A stretch of 62,370 bases of DNA, filler included. It is 6 parts of 6 records of this genome, joined end to end, with 100 filler letters (N's around TTAATTAATTAA, not from the genome) between each part and the next. Parts side by side here need not be neighbours in the genome. Positions count along the whole stretch, not along the records: positions 33,561 to 38,762 come from SRR2962707_4346; positions 38,863 to 45,529 come from SRR2962707_4347; positions 45,630 to 51,755 come from SRR2962707_4353; 3 more parts are not named here. One strand, written 5' to 3'. Each line of letters opens with the position of its first letter. The first letter of the stretch is position 1. The notes under the pieces are model-generated. The model saw only the letters and a program-made list of their open reading frames with translations. It was not told the DNA's origin and made no database searches. Below are positions 38,009-50,247 of the stretch, piece after piece. Both the position numbers and the translations under genes were made by a program.

Positions 38009-38762
38009 CGCCCTATCCCCTTGCTTTTGGCCCGCTTTGACTAAAAGTGATGATAGTCCCGGAAGTTTAATGGAAGGTGTCGTTGCACACCTTAACACCC
38101 TGAATTTACGAGATTAGCTTCTCCTAATCCTGATCCGGGAGCCAGCCGGTGTGGCATGGCCGGTGCAGAGCCCGTTGGCTGGCTCTGCGTCTGAACGAGT
38201 GTGGCTGAAGCTGGGACGAGTCATGGGGATTGGCCTGCAATGCACTCGCGAACGGGAAAGCGAGTTCCCGATTGGCATTTTCGGATGCCAGATCGATCGT
38301 CTGTCACGCCCAAAACCTGCGAAGTTTAATCACTTCCGGTAAAGGCCGATCACGCGTTTCGTGATCAGCCGTGATAATGGCTCGATTTGGTGTATCCGGA
38401 CGGCACTCAACGCCAGAACCGGACAAATTTTCAGCTGCGCAGAAACCGCCGATTTGCGGGGTTTCAGTTTCATCAGATGCATCGTTTTGTGAACGCTGTA
38501 TGACAAATCCGATTGACACTGGAAGCACCTTTTCCACCCCGGAATGCGCATTATCCTATTGAATTTACTGCCTTAAAAAAGTTTCACCGTTTGAACCTGA
38601 CTGATCTGACCAGCTGCCTCACCGAGGCCGCTCACATTCATGTGTTTCGCATGTCATTCACCGCAGGCCCATCTCTGGTTCATCGAAACGGCGCGGCCCG
38701 AACAATGATAAACGGACCGCACGCTTCTCACCAAAACACAGACCAGACAGACCAGATACACA

Positions 38763-38862
38763 NNNNNNNNNNNNNNNNNNNNNNNNNNNNNNNNNNNNNN
38801 NNNNNNTTAATTAATTAANNNNNNNNNNNNNNNNNNNNNNNNNNNNNNNNNNNNNNNNNNNN
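38763..38862. other. Artificial contig spacer
   Basis: N-run + TTAATTAATTAA + N-run. Confidence 0.99.
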
Positions 38863-41092
38863 ACACCGCCGCCTGATCCCGATCATCACCGATGAATACC
38901 CCGACCGGACGTTTGGGTCGGGCGCGGTCAAGATCACCGGCGCGCATGATTTCAACGACTATGCCGTCGCCAAGCGCGGCAATATCCCCTGCTACCGCCT
39001 GATGGATACCCGCGCCCAGATGCGCGCCGACGGTGCCCCCTACGCAGAAGAGGCCGCCAAAGCACAGGCCATCATCGACGGCGCAGATTTTACCGAATCC
39101 GAAGTGGACGCCATCAATCTGGTGCCAGAGGCCTATCGCGGCCTTGACCGTTTCGAGGCGCGCGAACGCGTCATCGCCGATATCACCGCCGAAGGTCTGG
39201 CCGTAATGACCCAGATGAACGATCCGCGTCTTGGCAAGGCCGCCAAAAAACCCACCGCCCCAGAAGAGGGCGGTGAGGCGCGCGAAGATGAACTGGTCCC
39301 GCTGGTCGAAGCCAAGACCATCATGCAGCCCTTTGGTGACCGCTCAAAGGTTGTCATCGAACCGATGCTGACCGACCAGTGGTTCGTCGATACGGCGAAA
39401 ATCGTCGAACCGGCGATGGACGCCGTGCGCAATGGCGACACCCAGATCCTGCCCGAGCGGGAGAAGAAGGTCTATTTCCACTGGCTGGAAAACATCGAAC
39501 CCTGGTGCATCTCGCGTCAGCTCTGGTGGGGGCATCAGATCCCGGTCTGGCACACCCCCGGCCTCGCCGGCGACTGGCGCAGCTTCTGCGCTCCGACCGA
39601 GGAAGAAGCCCTGCAACAGATGCAGGACCTCTTTGGCGCAGATGCCGATTTCCTCATCGTCGAAGATGCCGCTGCGGCCGAGGATATGCTGGCCGATATG
39701 CTGTCCCAAGGCACCGATTTCACCGGCGTCGATCAACGCCACCGCGCGCAGGCGATCCCGGTATTCCGCGACCCTGACGTCCTCGACACATGGTTCTCCT
39801 CCGGCCTCTGGCCAATTGGTACGCTCGGCTGGCCCAAACAGACGCCGGAACTGGGCAAATACTTCCCGACCAGCGACCTCATCACCGGCACAGACATCCT
39901 GTTCTTCTGGGTCGCGCGCATGATGATGATGCAACTCACGGTCGTCGATCAGGTACCGTTCAAAACCGTTTACCTGCACGGCCTCGTCCGCGACGCCAAA
40001 GGCAAGAAGATGTCGAAATCCCTTGGCAATGTCGTCGACCCACTCGACCTCATTGACGAATTCGGCACCGACGCCCTGCGCTTTACCAATGCAGCCATGG
40101 CTTCGGTCGGTGGTGCATTGAAACTCGACACTCAGCGTATCGCCGGCTACCGGAATTTCTCGACCAAACTCTGGAACGCCTGCCGCTTTGCCGAAATGAA
40201 CGGCGTGTTTCAGCCATACGCCAGCCATACGGATTCCATACGCTTTCCAGACGCCTCCCAGACGGCCAATAAATGGATCATCGGGGAAACGGCCAAGGTC
40301 TTGGCCGAGGTCAACGACGCCCTCGAAAACTACCGTTTCAACGACGCCGCAAGCGCGCTTTACGCCTTCGTCTGGGGCCGCGTCTGCGATTGGTACGTCG
40401 AGTTTTCAAAGCCGCTGTTCGACAGCCAGGATGCTGAAATCATTGCCGAAACCCGCGCCACGATGGCTTGGATTCTCGACCAGTGTCTGATCCTCTTGCA
40501 CCCCATCATGCCCTTCATCACCGAGGAACTCTGGGGCACCATGGCCAAGCGCGACCAGATGCTGATCCACGCCAACTGGCCCACCTACCAAGTGTCTGAC
40601 CTTGTTGATGAAACCGCCGATTCCGAAATGACCTGGGTGATCTCCCTGATCGACGGAGTCCGCTCTGCCCGCGCGCAAATGCACGTCCCCGCAGGCCTTC
40701 AGGTACCGATGCTGGTCACCGAACTCGACACCGCCGGTCAGGCCGCGTGGGACCGTAACGAGGCGCTGATCAAACGCCTTGCCCGCATCGACAGCCTTGA
40801 AAAGGCCGACAATTTCCCAAAGGGTTGCGTCACAGTCCCCGTCGCCGGCGGCACCTTTGGTCTGCCCCTTGCCGGGATCATCGACGTGGCCGAGGAAAAG
40901 GCCCGTCTGGAAAAAACGCTGGGCAAACTGGGCAAGGAAATCGGCGGTCTACGCGGACGCCTCAATAACCCCAAATTCGCAGAAAGCGCCCCAGAAGAGG
41001 TGGTCGAAGAAGCCCAAGACAATCTGAACGCCCGATTGGAAGAGGAAACCGCCCTCAAGGCCGCCCTCGCACGGCTTGCCGAATTGGGCTAA
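38863..41092 (+). CDS. valS: Valine--tRNA ligase (5' truncated by gap)
   Basis: [15 protein letters not shown] upstream of the track [29 protein letters not shown]-terminal coiled coil. Confidence 0.98.
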
Positions 41093-41101
41093 TCGGCCCG
41101 G

Positions 41102-41133
41102 TTAAGTCTTTGGTAACCTTCTTTTGCCAAACT
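41102..41133 (+). promoter_or_regulatory. CtrA-like box with downstream -10
   Basis: TTAA-GTCTTTG-GTAAC (one mismatch to TTAA-N7-TTAAC), then CAAACT at 41128-41133. Confidence 0.5.
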
Positions 41134-41140
41134 GATCCTC

Positions 41141-41236
41141 GTAGACAAGATTGTTTCCTGTCTGAGCAGCTCGGTCCGAACGTATTGGACCAGAAAAGCG
41201 CCCGATCGCCTCCTCCCCTAGGCGCGGGCGCTTTTC
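41141..41236 (+). ncRNA. Candidate ~95-nt three-hairpin sRNA with CCUCCUCCC motif
   Basis: AGACA[AGATTGTTTCC]TGTCT; GGTCC[N9]GGACC; GAAAAGCGCCCG..CGCCTCCTCCCCTAGGCG..CGGGCGCTTTTC. Confidence 0.55.
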
Positions 41237-41280
41237 GCATTGATCACGCAACACCTTGAAAAGGCCCGGGTACCTTAGCC

Positions 41281-42729
41281 TCAGGCCCGCCAAAACCGAA
41301 CTGTTAGGATGGCGTAAACTGATAAAAGTTCCAGCCTTCCCAACAACATAGCAAAAATCAAAATCCACTTTGCCGTGTCGTTCAGCCCCTGAAAATTCCC
41401 TGCCGGGCCAATTCTGTCGCCCAGACCCGGCCCGATATTGCCCAGCGCCGTCGCCGCCCCAGAAATCGCGGTCAGGAAATCCAGGCCCGTCATGCCCAGC
41501 GCCACCGACAAAATCCCCAGCGTCACCACAAAAAACACAAAGAACGATATGACCGATGACATCACATCCTCGCCCACCACACGCCCCTCATAGCGGGGGG
41601 TAAATATGCCATGCGGCGCGCGGATTTTGCGCAGCTGCACCCCGATCGACGCGAACAATAGCTGATATCGGAACACCTTGACCGAACAGGCGGTCGACCC
41701 GGCGCAGCCACCGATCAGCCCGATGAAAAAGAACAGCGCAATCAGAAACGGTCCCCAGGTCATATAATCGACCGAGGCATAGCCGGTCCCCGAAATAATC
41801 GACGTGATGTTGAACAGTGCCTCTCGAAACGCCTGTTCGGGATGGTGCGGAAAGATCCGCAGCAACACCAACACCGCGACCACCACCAGTACCAAGATGA
41901 TCATCAGGAAGGTGCGCACCTGGCTGTCGCGGAAAATCGCCCGTTGATTGCCATTAACCATTTGCACATAGCGTACAAAGGGCAGCGCCGCGAGGATCAT
42001 GAACACCGAAGCGACGTATTCCGCAGGCCCCGAAAACATACCAAACGACACGTCGTAATTGGCAAATCCGCCCGTCGAAACCGTGCTGAGTGCATGCACA
42101 GACGCGTCAAACGCATTCATTCCGCACACCAGATAGGACAGCGCGCAAGCTAGGGTAATGGTCACGTAAATGGTCGAAATGCTCGATGCGATCTGTGTCG
42201 CTCGTGGCAGGATCTTTCCCATCGTATCAAACGCTTCCGACCGGAACACCTGCATCCCGCCGACCCGCAGTTCAGGCAGAAACACCATGGCTACGACAAT
42301 GATTCCGATGCCACCCAGCCATTGCAACAACCCGCGCCACAGCAGGATGCCCTTGGGCAACGTTTCGAGGCCCGTGAACACCGTCGAACCGGTCGTGGTC
42401 ATGCCCGACATCGCCTCAAAAAACGCATCCACAAAACGCGCCTCGGTCGCGCCCAGCACAAAGGGCAGCGCGCCAAAGATCGGCAGCGCCACCCACACCC
42501 CGGTGGTGAGCAGAAAGGTCTGCTGGATCGATAGCCGCTCCTGCACGGCGTTGGCACAGGCCAGCGCGATCAACCCACCACAGAACATGGTGACGATGGA
42601 ACTCTGGGCAAAGACCGGCCATTCGCCACGGCCTTCGGCGATGTCCACCAGCATCGGCAGTAACATCGTGGCGCCCAGAATGGTCACCAGAATACCGATA
42701 ACGTAAAAGACGGGGCGCAGATCAAACAT
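41281..42729 (-). CDS. trkH: Trk potassium uptake membrane protein
   Basis: FFEAMSGMTTTG, WLGGIGI, STGGF, GGCAGST, LGNIGPG, MLLGRLE. Confidence 0.96.
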   Translation of the reverse strand: MFDLRPVFYVIGILVTILGATMLLPMLVDIAEGRGEWPVFAQSSIVTMFCGGLIALACANAVQERLSIQQTFLLTTGVWVALPIFGALPFVLGATEARFVDAFFEAMSGMTTTGSTVFTGLETLPKGILLWRGLLQWLGGIGIIVVAMVFLPELRVGGMQVFRSEAFDTMGKILPRATQIASSISTIYVTITLACALSYLVCGMNAFDASVHALSTVSTGGFANYDVSFGMFSGPAEYVASVFMILAALPFVRYVQMVNGNQRAIFRDSQVRTFLMIILVLVVVAVLVLLRIFPHHPEQAFREALFNITSIISGTGYASVDYMTWGPFLIALFFFIGLIGGCAGSTACSVKVFRYQLLFASIGVQLRKIRAPHGIFTPRYEGRVVGEDVMSSVISFFVFFVVTLGILSVALGMTGLDFLTAISGAATALGNIGPGLGDRIGPAGNFQGLNDTAKWILIFAMLLGRLELLSVYAILTVRFWRA

Positions 42730-42917
42730 GAGGCGCAGCGTTGGCCTCGCGCCGCTCTGGTGTCAAGCTGATGCGCGCGGAACGGCAGCAGCGGCGGCTT
42801 TTACGCCTGCAGTGGATGCAGCAATGGCACGTCGCGCCCCCGCGTTTCATCTGTCCATGAATACTCCGGGGCAGTCCCCGAACAGGCGACGGGGGCAGCG
42901 TCCCGGCAGCTTCCAAA

Positions 42918-44018
<1,101 letters not shown>

Positions 44019-44201
44019 CGGTTGGCCCCTTCGGCTTGACTTCGCATGTTTACATAGGTGCTCCCGCAAGGGAATTCCAATTCTGCAAAGGTATACGAAG
44101 GAACGTATCCGTTGGATCACACAGGTTGCGCAGTCCGGCGCGGTCTGGATAGCGGTAGTTAAAGCGGCACAGGGGCCACAGCCCCTGCACCCCCGGCGAC
44201 C

Positions 44202-45371
44202 TTAGATCGCGGCCAGCGCCTGCAGCACATCCGCCACCAGATCCTCGGGGTCCTCGATCCCCACCGACAGGCGGATCAACCCCTCGGTGATGCCCAGCGA
44301 TGCCCGCAGTTCCGGGGCAAGCCGCTGATGCGTCGTGGTGGCTGGGTGCGTGGCAATGGATTTCGCATCCCCAAGGTTATTTGAGATCAGGACGATATCA
44401 AGCGCATTAAGGAACCGGAACGCCTCCGGTTTGCCGCCCGTCAGGTCGATGGCCAGCATCGTGCCGCCCTTGCCCATCTGCCGCAGCATCAGCGCATGTT
44501 GCGGATGGCTCTCAAGCCCCGGATAGATCACATTCCCGACGCCAGGCTTGCCCTCAACCGCGCGGGCAATCTCCAGCGCGCTTTCGGTCTGCGCACGCAC
44601 CCGCAGGTCGATCGTCTCGATTCCTTTGAGCAGAACCCAGGCCGTAAACGGACTCATCGACCCGCCGGTATGCTTCATATAGGGCTCGACCACACCTCGG
44701 ATGAAATCCTTGGTTCCCAGGATCACGCCGCCCAGAACCCGGCCCTGCCCATCGATATGCTTGGTCGCGGAATAGATTACCACATCGGCACCCTGCGCGA
44801 CGGCATCAGAATAGACCGGCGTGGAAAACACGTTGTCCACCAGCACCAGCGCACCCTGCGCATGGGCAATTTCGGCCACTCCGGCAATATCCACCAGCTC
44901 CAGCGTCGGGTTAGACATGGATTCGAAAAACACCGCCTTGGTGTCGGGCCGCACGGCCGCTTTCCACTGCTCCAGGTCCGCACCATCGACAAAAGTCACT
45001 TCGACGCCAAAGCGCGGCAAGACCGTCTCAAGGATATAGAGGCACGACCCGAACAACGCGCGGGCAGACACCACATGATCCCCGGCCTTCAGCATCGACA
45101 CCAGCGCGCCGTTGACCGCCGCCATGCCGCTTGCCGTGGCAAACCCGTCCTCGGCCCCTTCCAGCAGGGCGATCCGCTCTTCGAACATCCGCACCGTCGG
45201 GTTGCCATAGCGGGCATAGATGTATTCATCTTCGCCGCACTCGATGAACCGGCCCTCGGCCTGTTCGGCGCTGTCATAGGCAAATCCCTGCGTCAGGAAG
45301 ATTGCCTCGCTCAGCTCGCCCCACTGGCTGCGCTTCGTTCCGCCATGCACCAGTTTCGTGCGTTTTTTCAT
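44202..45371 (-). CDS. metZ: O-succinylhomoserine sulfhydrylase
   Basis: YARYGNPTV, ASGMAA, YSATKHIDGQGRVLGG, SNNLGDAKS, HPATTTH; SAM riboswitch upstream. Confidence 0.95.
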   Translation of the reverse strand: MKKRTKLVHGGTKRSQWGELSEAIFLTQGFAYDSAEQAEGRFIECGEDEYIYARYGNPTVRMFEERIALLEGAEDGFATASGMAAVNGALVSMLKAGDHVVSARALFGSCLYILETVLPRFGVEVTFVDGADLEQWKAAVRPDTKAVFFESMSNPTLELVDIAGVAEIAHAQGALVLVDNVFSTPVYSDAVAQGADVVIYSATKHIDGQGRVLGGVILGTKDFIRGVVEPYMKHTGGSMSPFTAWVLLKGIETIDLRVRAQTESALEIARAVEGKPGVGNVIYPGLESHPQHALMLRQMGKGGTMLAIDLTGGKPEAFRFLNALDIVLISNNLGDAKSIATHPATTTHQRLAPELRASLGITEGLIRLSVGIEDPEDLVADVLQALAAI

Positions 45372-45397
45372 TGTTCTGTCTCCTGGCCCGCGGCCAC

Positions 45398-45430
45398 AAA
45401 AAAACCCCGTTGCGGCCAAGCGCAAGGGGG
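45398..45430 (-). terminator. Leader terminator (riboswitch expression platform)
   Basis: CCCCCTTGCG-N6-CGCAACGGGG followed by T7, between the aptamer and the metZ start. Confidence 0.7.
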
Positions 45431-45444
45431 CTCCCTCGTCGTCT

Positions 45445-45529
45445 GACCTCTTTAGCGGCATTTCCGGGTCTGCGCTGACATATGTCAGTCACCCCCCGAG
45501 TGGCCCGCAATCCGGTAACAAATCGCCAC
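45445..45529 (-). ncRNA. SAM-II (SAM-alpha) riboswitch, 5' end abutting the gap
   Basis: GTGGCGATTTG..CCGGATTGCGGGCCAC ... GCTAAAGAGG consensus upstream of metZ. Confidence 0.88.
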
Positions 45530-45629
45530 NNNNNNNNNNNNNNNNNNNNNNNNNNNNNNNNNNNNNNNNNNNNTTAATTAATTAANNNNNNNNNNNNNNN
45601 NNNNNNNNNNNNNNNNNNNNNNNNNNNNN
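45530..45629. other. Artificial contig spacer
   Basis: N-run + TTAATTAATTAA + N-run. Confidence 0.99.
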
Positions 45630-46451
45630 GTTGAGCGCAGCTTCGTTCGCGCCGCCATGGGCAGGGCCCCACAGGCAAGCCACACCGGCTGCAATACAGG
45701 CGAATGGGTTGGCGTCGGACGAACCGGCCAGGCGCACCGTCGACGTCGATGCGTTCTGCTCGTGGTCTGCATGCAGGGTGAAAATCAGGTCCATTGCCTT
45801 GGCAATGGTCGGGTTCACCTCATAATTCTCGGCGGGAACCGAGAAGCACATGTGCAGGAAATTCGACGCGTAGTCGAGATCGTTGCGTGGATACACGAAT
45901 GGCTGACCGACCGAGTATTTGTAGGCCATGGCCGCGATCGTTGGCATCTTGGCGATCATGCGGATCGAGGCGATCTCGCGCTGCTGCGGATCGGTGATGT
46001 CGGTGGAGTCATGGTAGAACGCTGCCATGGCGCCGACCACACCGGTCATGATGGCCATTGGATGGGCATCGCGGCGGAAGCCACGGTAGAAGTAGTGCAT
46101 CTGCTCATGCACCATGGTGTGACGTGTCACCAGTTCATCGAACTCGACCAGTTGGGTCTTGTTGGGCAGTTCGCCGTAGAGCAGCAGATAGCAGACTTCT
46201 ATGTACGAAGCGTTTTCCGAGAGCTGATCAATGGGATAGCCGCGGTAGAGCAACTGGCCCTTGTCACCATCGATATAGGTGATGGCACTGTCGCAGGCCG
46301 CCGTGGAGGTAAACCCCGGGTCGTACGTAAACATGCCGGTCTTGGCGTATAAGGTGCGGATGTCGATGACATCCGGACCAACGGTGCCAGACAGAAGCGG
46401 GAATTCGTGGGTCTGATCCCCGATGACGAGTTTGGCGACTTTATCGGTCAT
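45630..46451 (-). CDS. gltA: Citrate synthase type II (3' truncated by gap)
   Basis: [36 protein letters not shown]. Confidence 0.98.
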
Positions 46452-46606
46452 TTAGCTCTCCTCGAAGGCCCCGGAACCCCAATTGGAAAGGGATTTCGGT
46501 AGGGTCGGGGCCGTGTATGTGGCAGTCACATAATTACGGGACAGGTATCAGCTTTTGCTGTCCTGAGGCAACTGATGGGTAAGCAAGGCTTACCCTGCTA
46601 TTAGCA

Positions 46607-48025
46607 CTAGACAGCGCTGATTTGATCCTGAAGGCGCGCCATTGCTTCGTCGCGACCGATCAGCACCATAACCTCAAAGATGCCTGGTGAGACAGTGCGT
46701 CCGGTCAGCGCAGCCCGCAATGGCTGTGCCAGTTTGCCCAGCTTGAGGCCCTTGGCCTCGGCCAGGGTGCGCATGGCAGCGTCGATGGCAGGCACCGACC
46801 ATTCATTGAGACCGTGCAGCATTTCGGCCATGTCGCCAAGCACGATGCGCGATTCCGGTGTCAGCAGCGCTGACGCCTTTTCATCAATAGCAAGCGGACG
46901 TGACGCGTAGATGAACTGGGCCAGATCGATGAGTTCCAACACGGTTTTGGCGCGTGGCTGCAATTCGGGTAGGGCGCTGAGGGCGGTGTCCCGGTTGGCC
47001 GAGAGTCCCTCGGCGTCAGCAGTGCGGCCAACTTCCCGGGCCGTTGCCAGCATGACGTCGTAGAGATATTCCGGCGTTGCTTCGCGGATGTAATGGCCGT
47101 TGATGTTCTCTAGCTTTACGAAGTCGAAGCGTGCGGCGCCCTTGTTGAGGCCGTCCAGCGCAAACCACTCGACCATCTGGTCGGTGCTGAAGAACTCGTC
47201 GTCGCCATGGCTCCAGCCGAGACGGGCCAGATAGTTGCGCAGGGCTTCAGGCAAGTATCCCATCTGGCGGTAGGCTTCTACGCCCAAAGCGCCATGACGC
47301 TTGGAGAGCTTGGCGCCGTCAGGACCGTGGATCAACGGGATATGGGCCATCTCCGGCACGGGCCAGCCCATGGCGTTGTAGATGATAATCTGGCGGGCAG
47401 CATTAGTCAGGTGATCGTCGCCACGGATAATGTGGGTGACGCCCATATCGTGATCATCGACCACCACGGCGTGCATATAGGTGGGCGTGCCGTCAGAGCG
47501 CATGATGATGAAATCATCCAGGTTCTCAGCCTTGAATACGACCTGGCCCTGCACATGGTCGTTGACGGCGATGTCGCCGCTCAGCGGCGCCTTGATGCGG
47601 ATCACCGGGGCAACCCCGTCGGGAGCTTCGCTCTGGTCGCGATCGCGCCAGTAACCGTTATAGCGTGGCGGCTTGCCGGCGGCGCGGGCCTCTTCACGCA
47701 TCTGGTCTAGCTCGGCTGATGAGCAATAGCAGTAGTAGGCATGACCCAGTTCAACCAGCTGGCGCGCCACTTCGGCGTGACGGTCGGCGCGTGCGAACTG
47801 GCTGATCGGGTCGCCTTCCCAGTCCAGACCCAGCCATTTGAGGCCATCGATCAAGGCAACCACAGCCGCATCAGTAGAGCGTTCGCGGTCCGTATCTTCG
47901 ATACGCAGCAGCATCTTGCCGCCCTGGTTTTTGGCGAATGCCCAGCTGAACAGCGCCGTGCGGGCGCCGCCAATGTGCAGATAACCAGTGGGCGAAGGGG
48001 CGAAACGGGTGACGACCTGGGACAT
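46607..48025 (-). CDS. gltX: Glutamate--tRNA ligase
   Basis: [34 protein letters not shown]. Confidence 0.98.
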   Translation of the reverse strand: MSQVVTRFAPSPTGYLHIGGARTALFSWAFAKNQGGKMLLRIEDTDRERSTDAAVVALIDGLKWLGLDWEGDPISQFARADRHAEVARQLVELGHAYYCYCSSAELDQMREEARAAGKPPRYNGYWRDRDQSEAPDGVAPVIRIKAPLSGDIAVNDHVQGQVVFKAENLDDFIIMRSDGTPTYMHAVVVDDHDMGVTHIIRGDDHLTNAARQIIIYNAMGWPVPEMAHIPLIHGPDGAKLSKRHGALGVEAYRQMGYLPEALRNYLARLGWSHGDDEFFSTDQMVEWFALDGLNKGAARFDFVKLENINGHYIREATPEYLYDVMLATAREVGRTADAEGLSANRDTALSALPELQPRAKTVLELIDLAQFIYASRPLAIDEKASALLTPESRIVLGDMAEMLHGLNEWSVPAIDAAMRTLAEAKGLKLGKLAQPLRAALTGRTVSPGIFEVMVLIGRDEAMARLQDQISAV

Positions 48026-48141
48026 GAGACCGGAGTGCTTGGAGAGATTGAGAGCCGTGTGTAGCATAGAGGGGCACGAGCGCAAGGGCGGGGGCAGGGC
48101 CGGTGCAGCGGGGCGAAACTCTCGATCGCGAAATCGACGAT

Positions 48142-50247
48142 ATGAGACGGGTCTCACCCGCATCCCCTATGCCTGCCGTCCTGCCCGGACGGGGGCGTCA
48201 GACTGGACGAACCGCTCCCTTCTCTGCGGCTGTGACGCAAGTCAGGGACGCTGTATCGGCGCGGCGGTTGTTCATCCTGTTGCCCTTTGCAATGCTGGCG
48301 GGGCTGATTGCGTATGCCAGTCTTCCCGTTGAACCGCAAAGCTGGGCGTTGGTCGCCGTCGGGCTGGCTGTCCTGGCATTGGTCGTAGCGCTGCGTGCGT
48401 CGACTATCCTGCCGCTGTTGGGCCTGCTGGCCGCGTTTTGGGCCGGGGTCTGCCTATTGCCACTACATGGGTTCTGGTTCGGCACCGAAATGCTGCGCTA
48501 TCCCGCTTATGGGGCGTATTCGGCACGGGTCGATGCCATTGTTTCGGCCACTGAAAGTACGCGCCGCATCATCATTTCGGACCTGACCCCGCTCGATGGC
48601 GCCCGAGCACTGCCGATTGTCCGGGCACGGTTGGTCACGCCACCCACGCCGCCGCTGGCGCCGGGTGACACGATTGAGGCCAAAGTTCGCTTGGCACCCG
48701 TTCCCGGTCCCGTTCTTCCCGGTAGCTTTGATGGACAGTTTCACGCCTACTTCGCCGGTGTTGGCGCCTATGGCATTGTAACCAGCGGTTTTTCCAAAAC
48801 CGGGTCGGGGGCGCAGTTCGACCCGGGGCGCGTGGTTGAGCAATTGCGCATGGGGATTGGTGCTCGTATCGCCGGTGAGCTTGATGGTGCTTCAGCCGCC
48901 ATTGGGCGGGCCATGGTGGTGGGCGATCAAAGCGAGATCACCGATGAAACCCGCGAGGTGATGGCGCAGTCAGGGCTGGCCCATATCTATTCGATATCCG
49001 GGCTGCATCTATCGATTGTTGCGGGTGGCGTGTTCTGGCTGATGCGCTGGCTGCTTGCCGCCATTCCGCCTGTCGCCAATCGCTGGCCGGTCAAGAAGGT
49101 AGCGGCAGTGACCGGGCTGATCGCGGCAGGGGGATATCTGCTGCTGGCCGGTGGCGTGGGGAATATCCCGGCCCTGCGTTCAACCATGATGCTGGGCCTG
49201 ATCTTTGGTGCGGTTCTGGCCGGGCGCCGGGCGCTGACAATGCGCAATATTGCCATTGCGGCCCTTGCGATCATGGTGATTGATCCTGCCAGCGTGTTCC
49301 GGGCCAGTTTCCAGCTGTCATTTGCCGCTGTGGTGGCCTTGATCGGTATCTACGAGATGCCGCGATCTGCCCCAAGGGGTAATCGCAACTGGATTGCTCG
49401 CATGGGCGGATCGTTATGGGCTGCGGCGGCTACCAGCCTGATCGCCGGTACGGCGACGCTGCTGTTTTCCGCATATCATTTCCAGCAGACCGCACCCCTC
49501 AGCGTGGTAGGCAATGTGTTGGTGCTGCCTGTCGTCAGCCTGATCATCATGCCCTTCGGGGTGTTGTCCGTGCTGGCGATGCCATTGGGCATCGAGAAGC
49601 CCTTTGTCGCCATCATGGGCTGGGGCATCGACCGGATGGTCGATGGTGCTGTTCTGGTGGCGGGTTGGAGCGCTGGACTAACGGGTAACCCATTGCTGAC
49701 CGTTTGGGCCCTGATCATCGGTCTGGCGGCCTTGGCGTGGTTTGCCTTTTTGCCCAATCGCTGGCGCTTGGCTGGCCCGCTGCTGGCGGTGCCGTTGGTG
49801 CTGCTGTTTGGGCTGGACCACCGTCCCGATGTGCTGATTGCCGACACCACCCAGGCAGTGGCGGTTCGACAAGGCGAAGCGATGGGTCTGGTGACGGGGC
49901 GTGGCGGCAGTTTTGCGGTCAATGTTTGGAGCGATCACTACCAGGAGGAGATCGCTGACACTTTCGAAGGAGCCCGCTGCGACAGATTGGGGTGCATCGC
50001 GCGTACCCCGGAATTCTCTATCGCCGTGATCAAAAATGCCGCCGCTTTTGCTGAAGATTGCGGGCTGCATGATTTGGTGGTCGCCCGTCTGCGCGCGCCG
50101 GTTACCTGCAAAGGAAGCCTGGTAATCGACAGTGAAGACCTGCAGGCCGGGGGCGTGCAGTGGCTGCGCTGGGATGGTTCGACGGCGCGGTTTGACCTCC
50201 GCACCGCCATTCCCAACCTCAACCGGCCGTGGCGAGTCGCGCGATAG
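48142..50247 (+). CDS. comEC: ComEC/Rec2 competence protein (start uncertain)
   Basis: [29 protein letters not shown]; usual position divergent from gltX. Confidence 0.93.
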   Translation: MRRVSPASPMPAVLPGRGRQTGRTAPFSAAVTQVRDAVSARRLFILLPFAMLAGLIAYASLPVEPQSWALVAVGLAVLALVVALRASTILPLLGLLAAFWAGVCLLPLHGFWFGTEMLRYPAYGAYSARVDAIVSATESTRRIIISDLTPLDGARALPIVRARLVTPPTPPLAPGDTIEAKVRLAPVPGPVLPGSFDGQFHAYFAGVGAYGIVTSGFSKTGSGAQFDPGRVVEQLRMGIGARIAGELDGASAAIGRAMVVGDQSEITDETREVMAQSGLAHIYSISGLHLSIVAGGVFWLMRWLLAAIPPVANRWPVKKVAAVTGLIAAGGYLLLAGGVGNIPALRSTMMLGLIFGAVLAGRRALTMRNIAIAALAIMVIDPASVFRASFQLSFAAVVALIGIYEMPRSAPRGNRNWIARMGGSLWAAAATSLIAGTATLLFSAYHFQQTAPLSVVGNVLVLPVVSLIIMPFGVLSVLAMPLGIEKPFVAIMGWGIDRMVDGAVLVAGWSAGLTGNPLLTVWALIIGLAALAWFAFLPNRWRLAGPLLAVPLVLLFGLDHRPDVLIADTTQAVAVRQGEAMGLVTGRGGSFAVNVWSDHYQEEIADTFEGARCDRLGCIARTPEFSIAVIKNAAAFAEDCGLHDLVVARLRAPVTCKGSLVIDSEDLQAGGVQWLRWDGSTARFDLRTAIPNLNRPWRVAR

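Noticed and set aside
38100..38762. Small ORFs and CAGAC-type microrepeats in the long intergenic region
   Set aside because: No RBS or coding signal; the repeats are short and cut by the contig end
39200..39300. Insertion in ValRS as an intein or mobile element
   Set aside because: Short, in-frame, no intein motifs; more likely a lineage-specific loop
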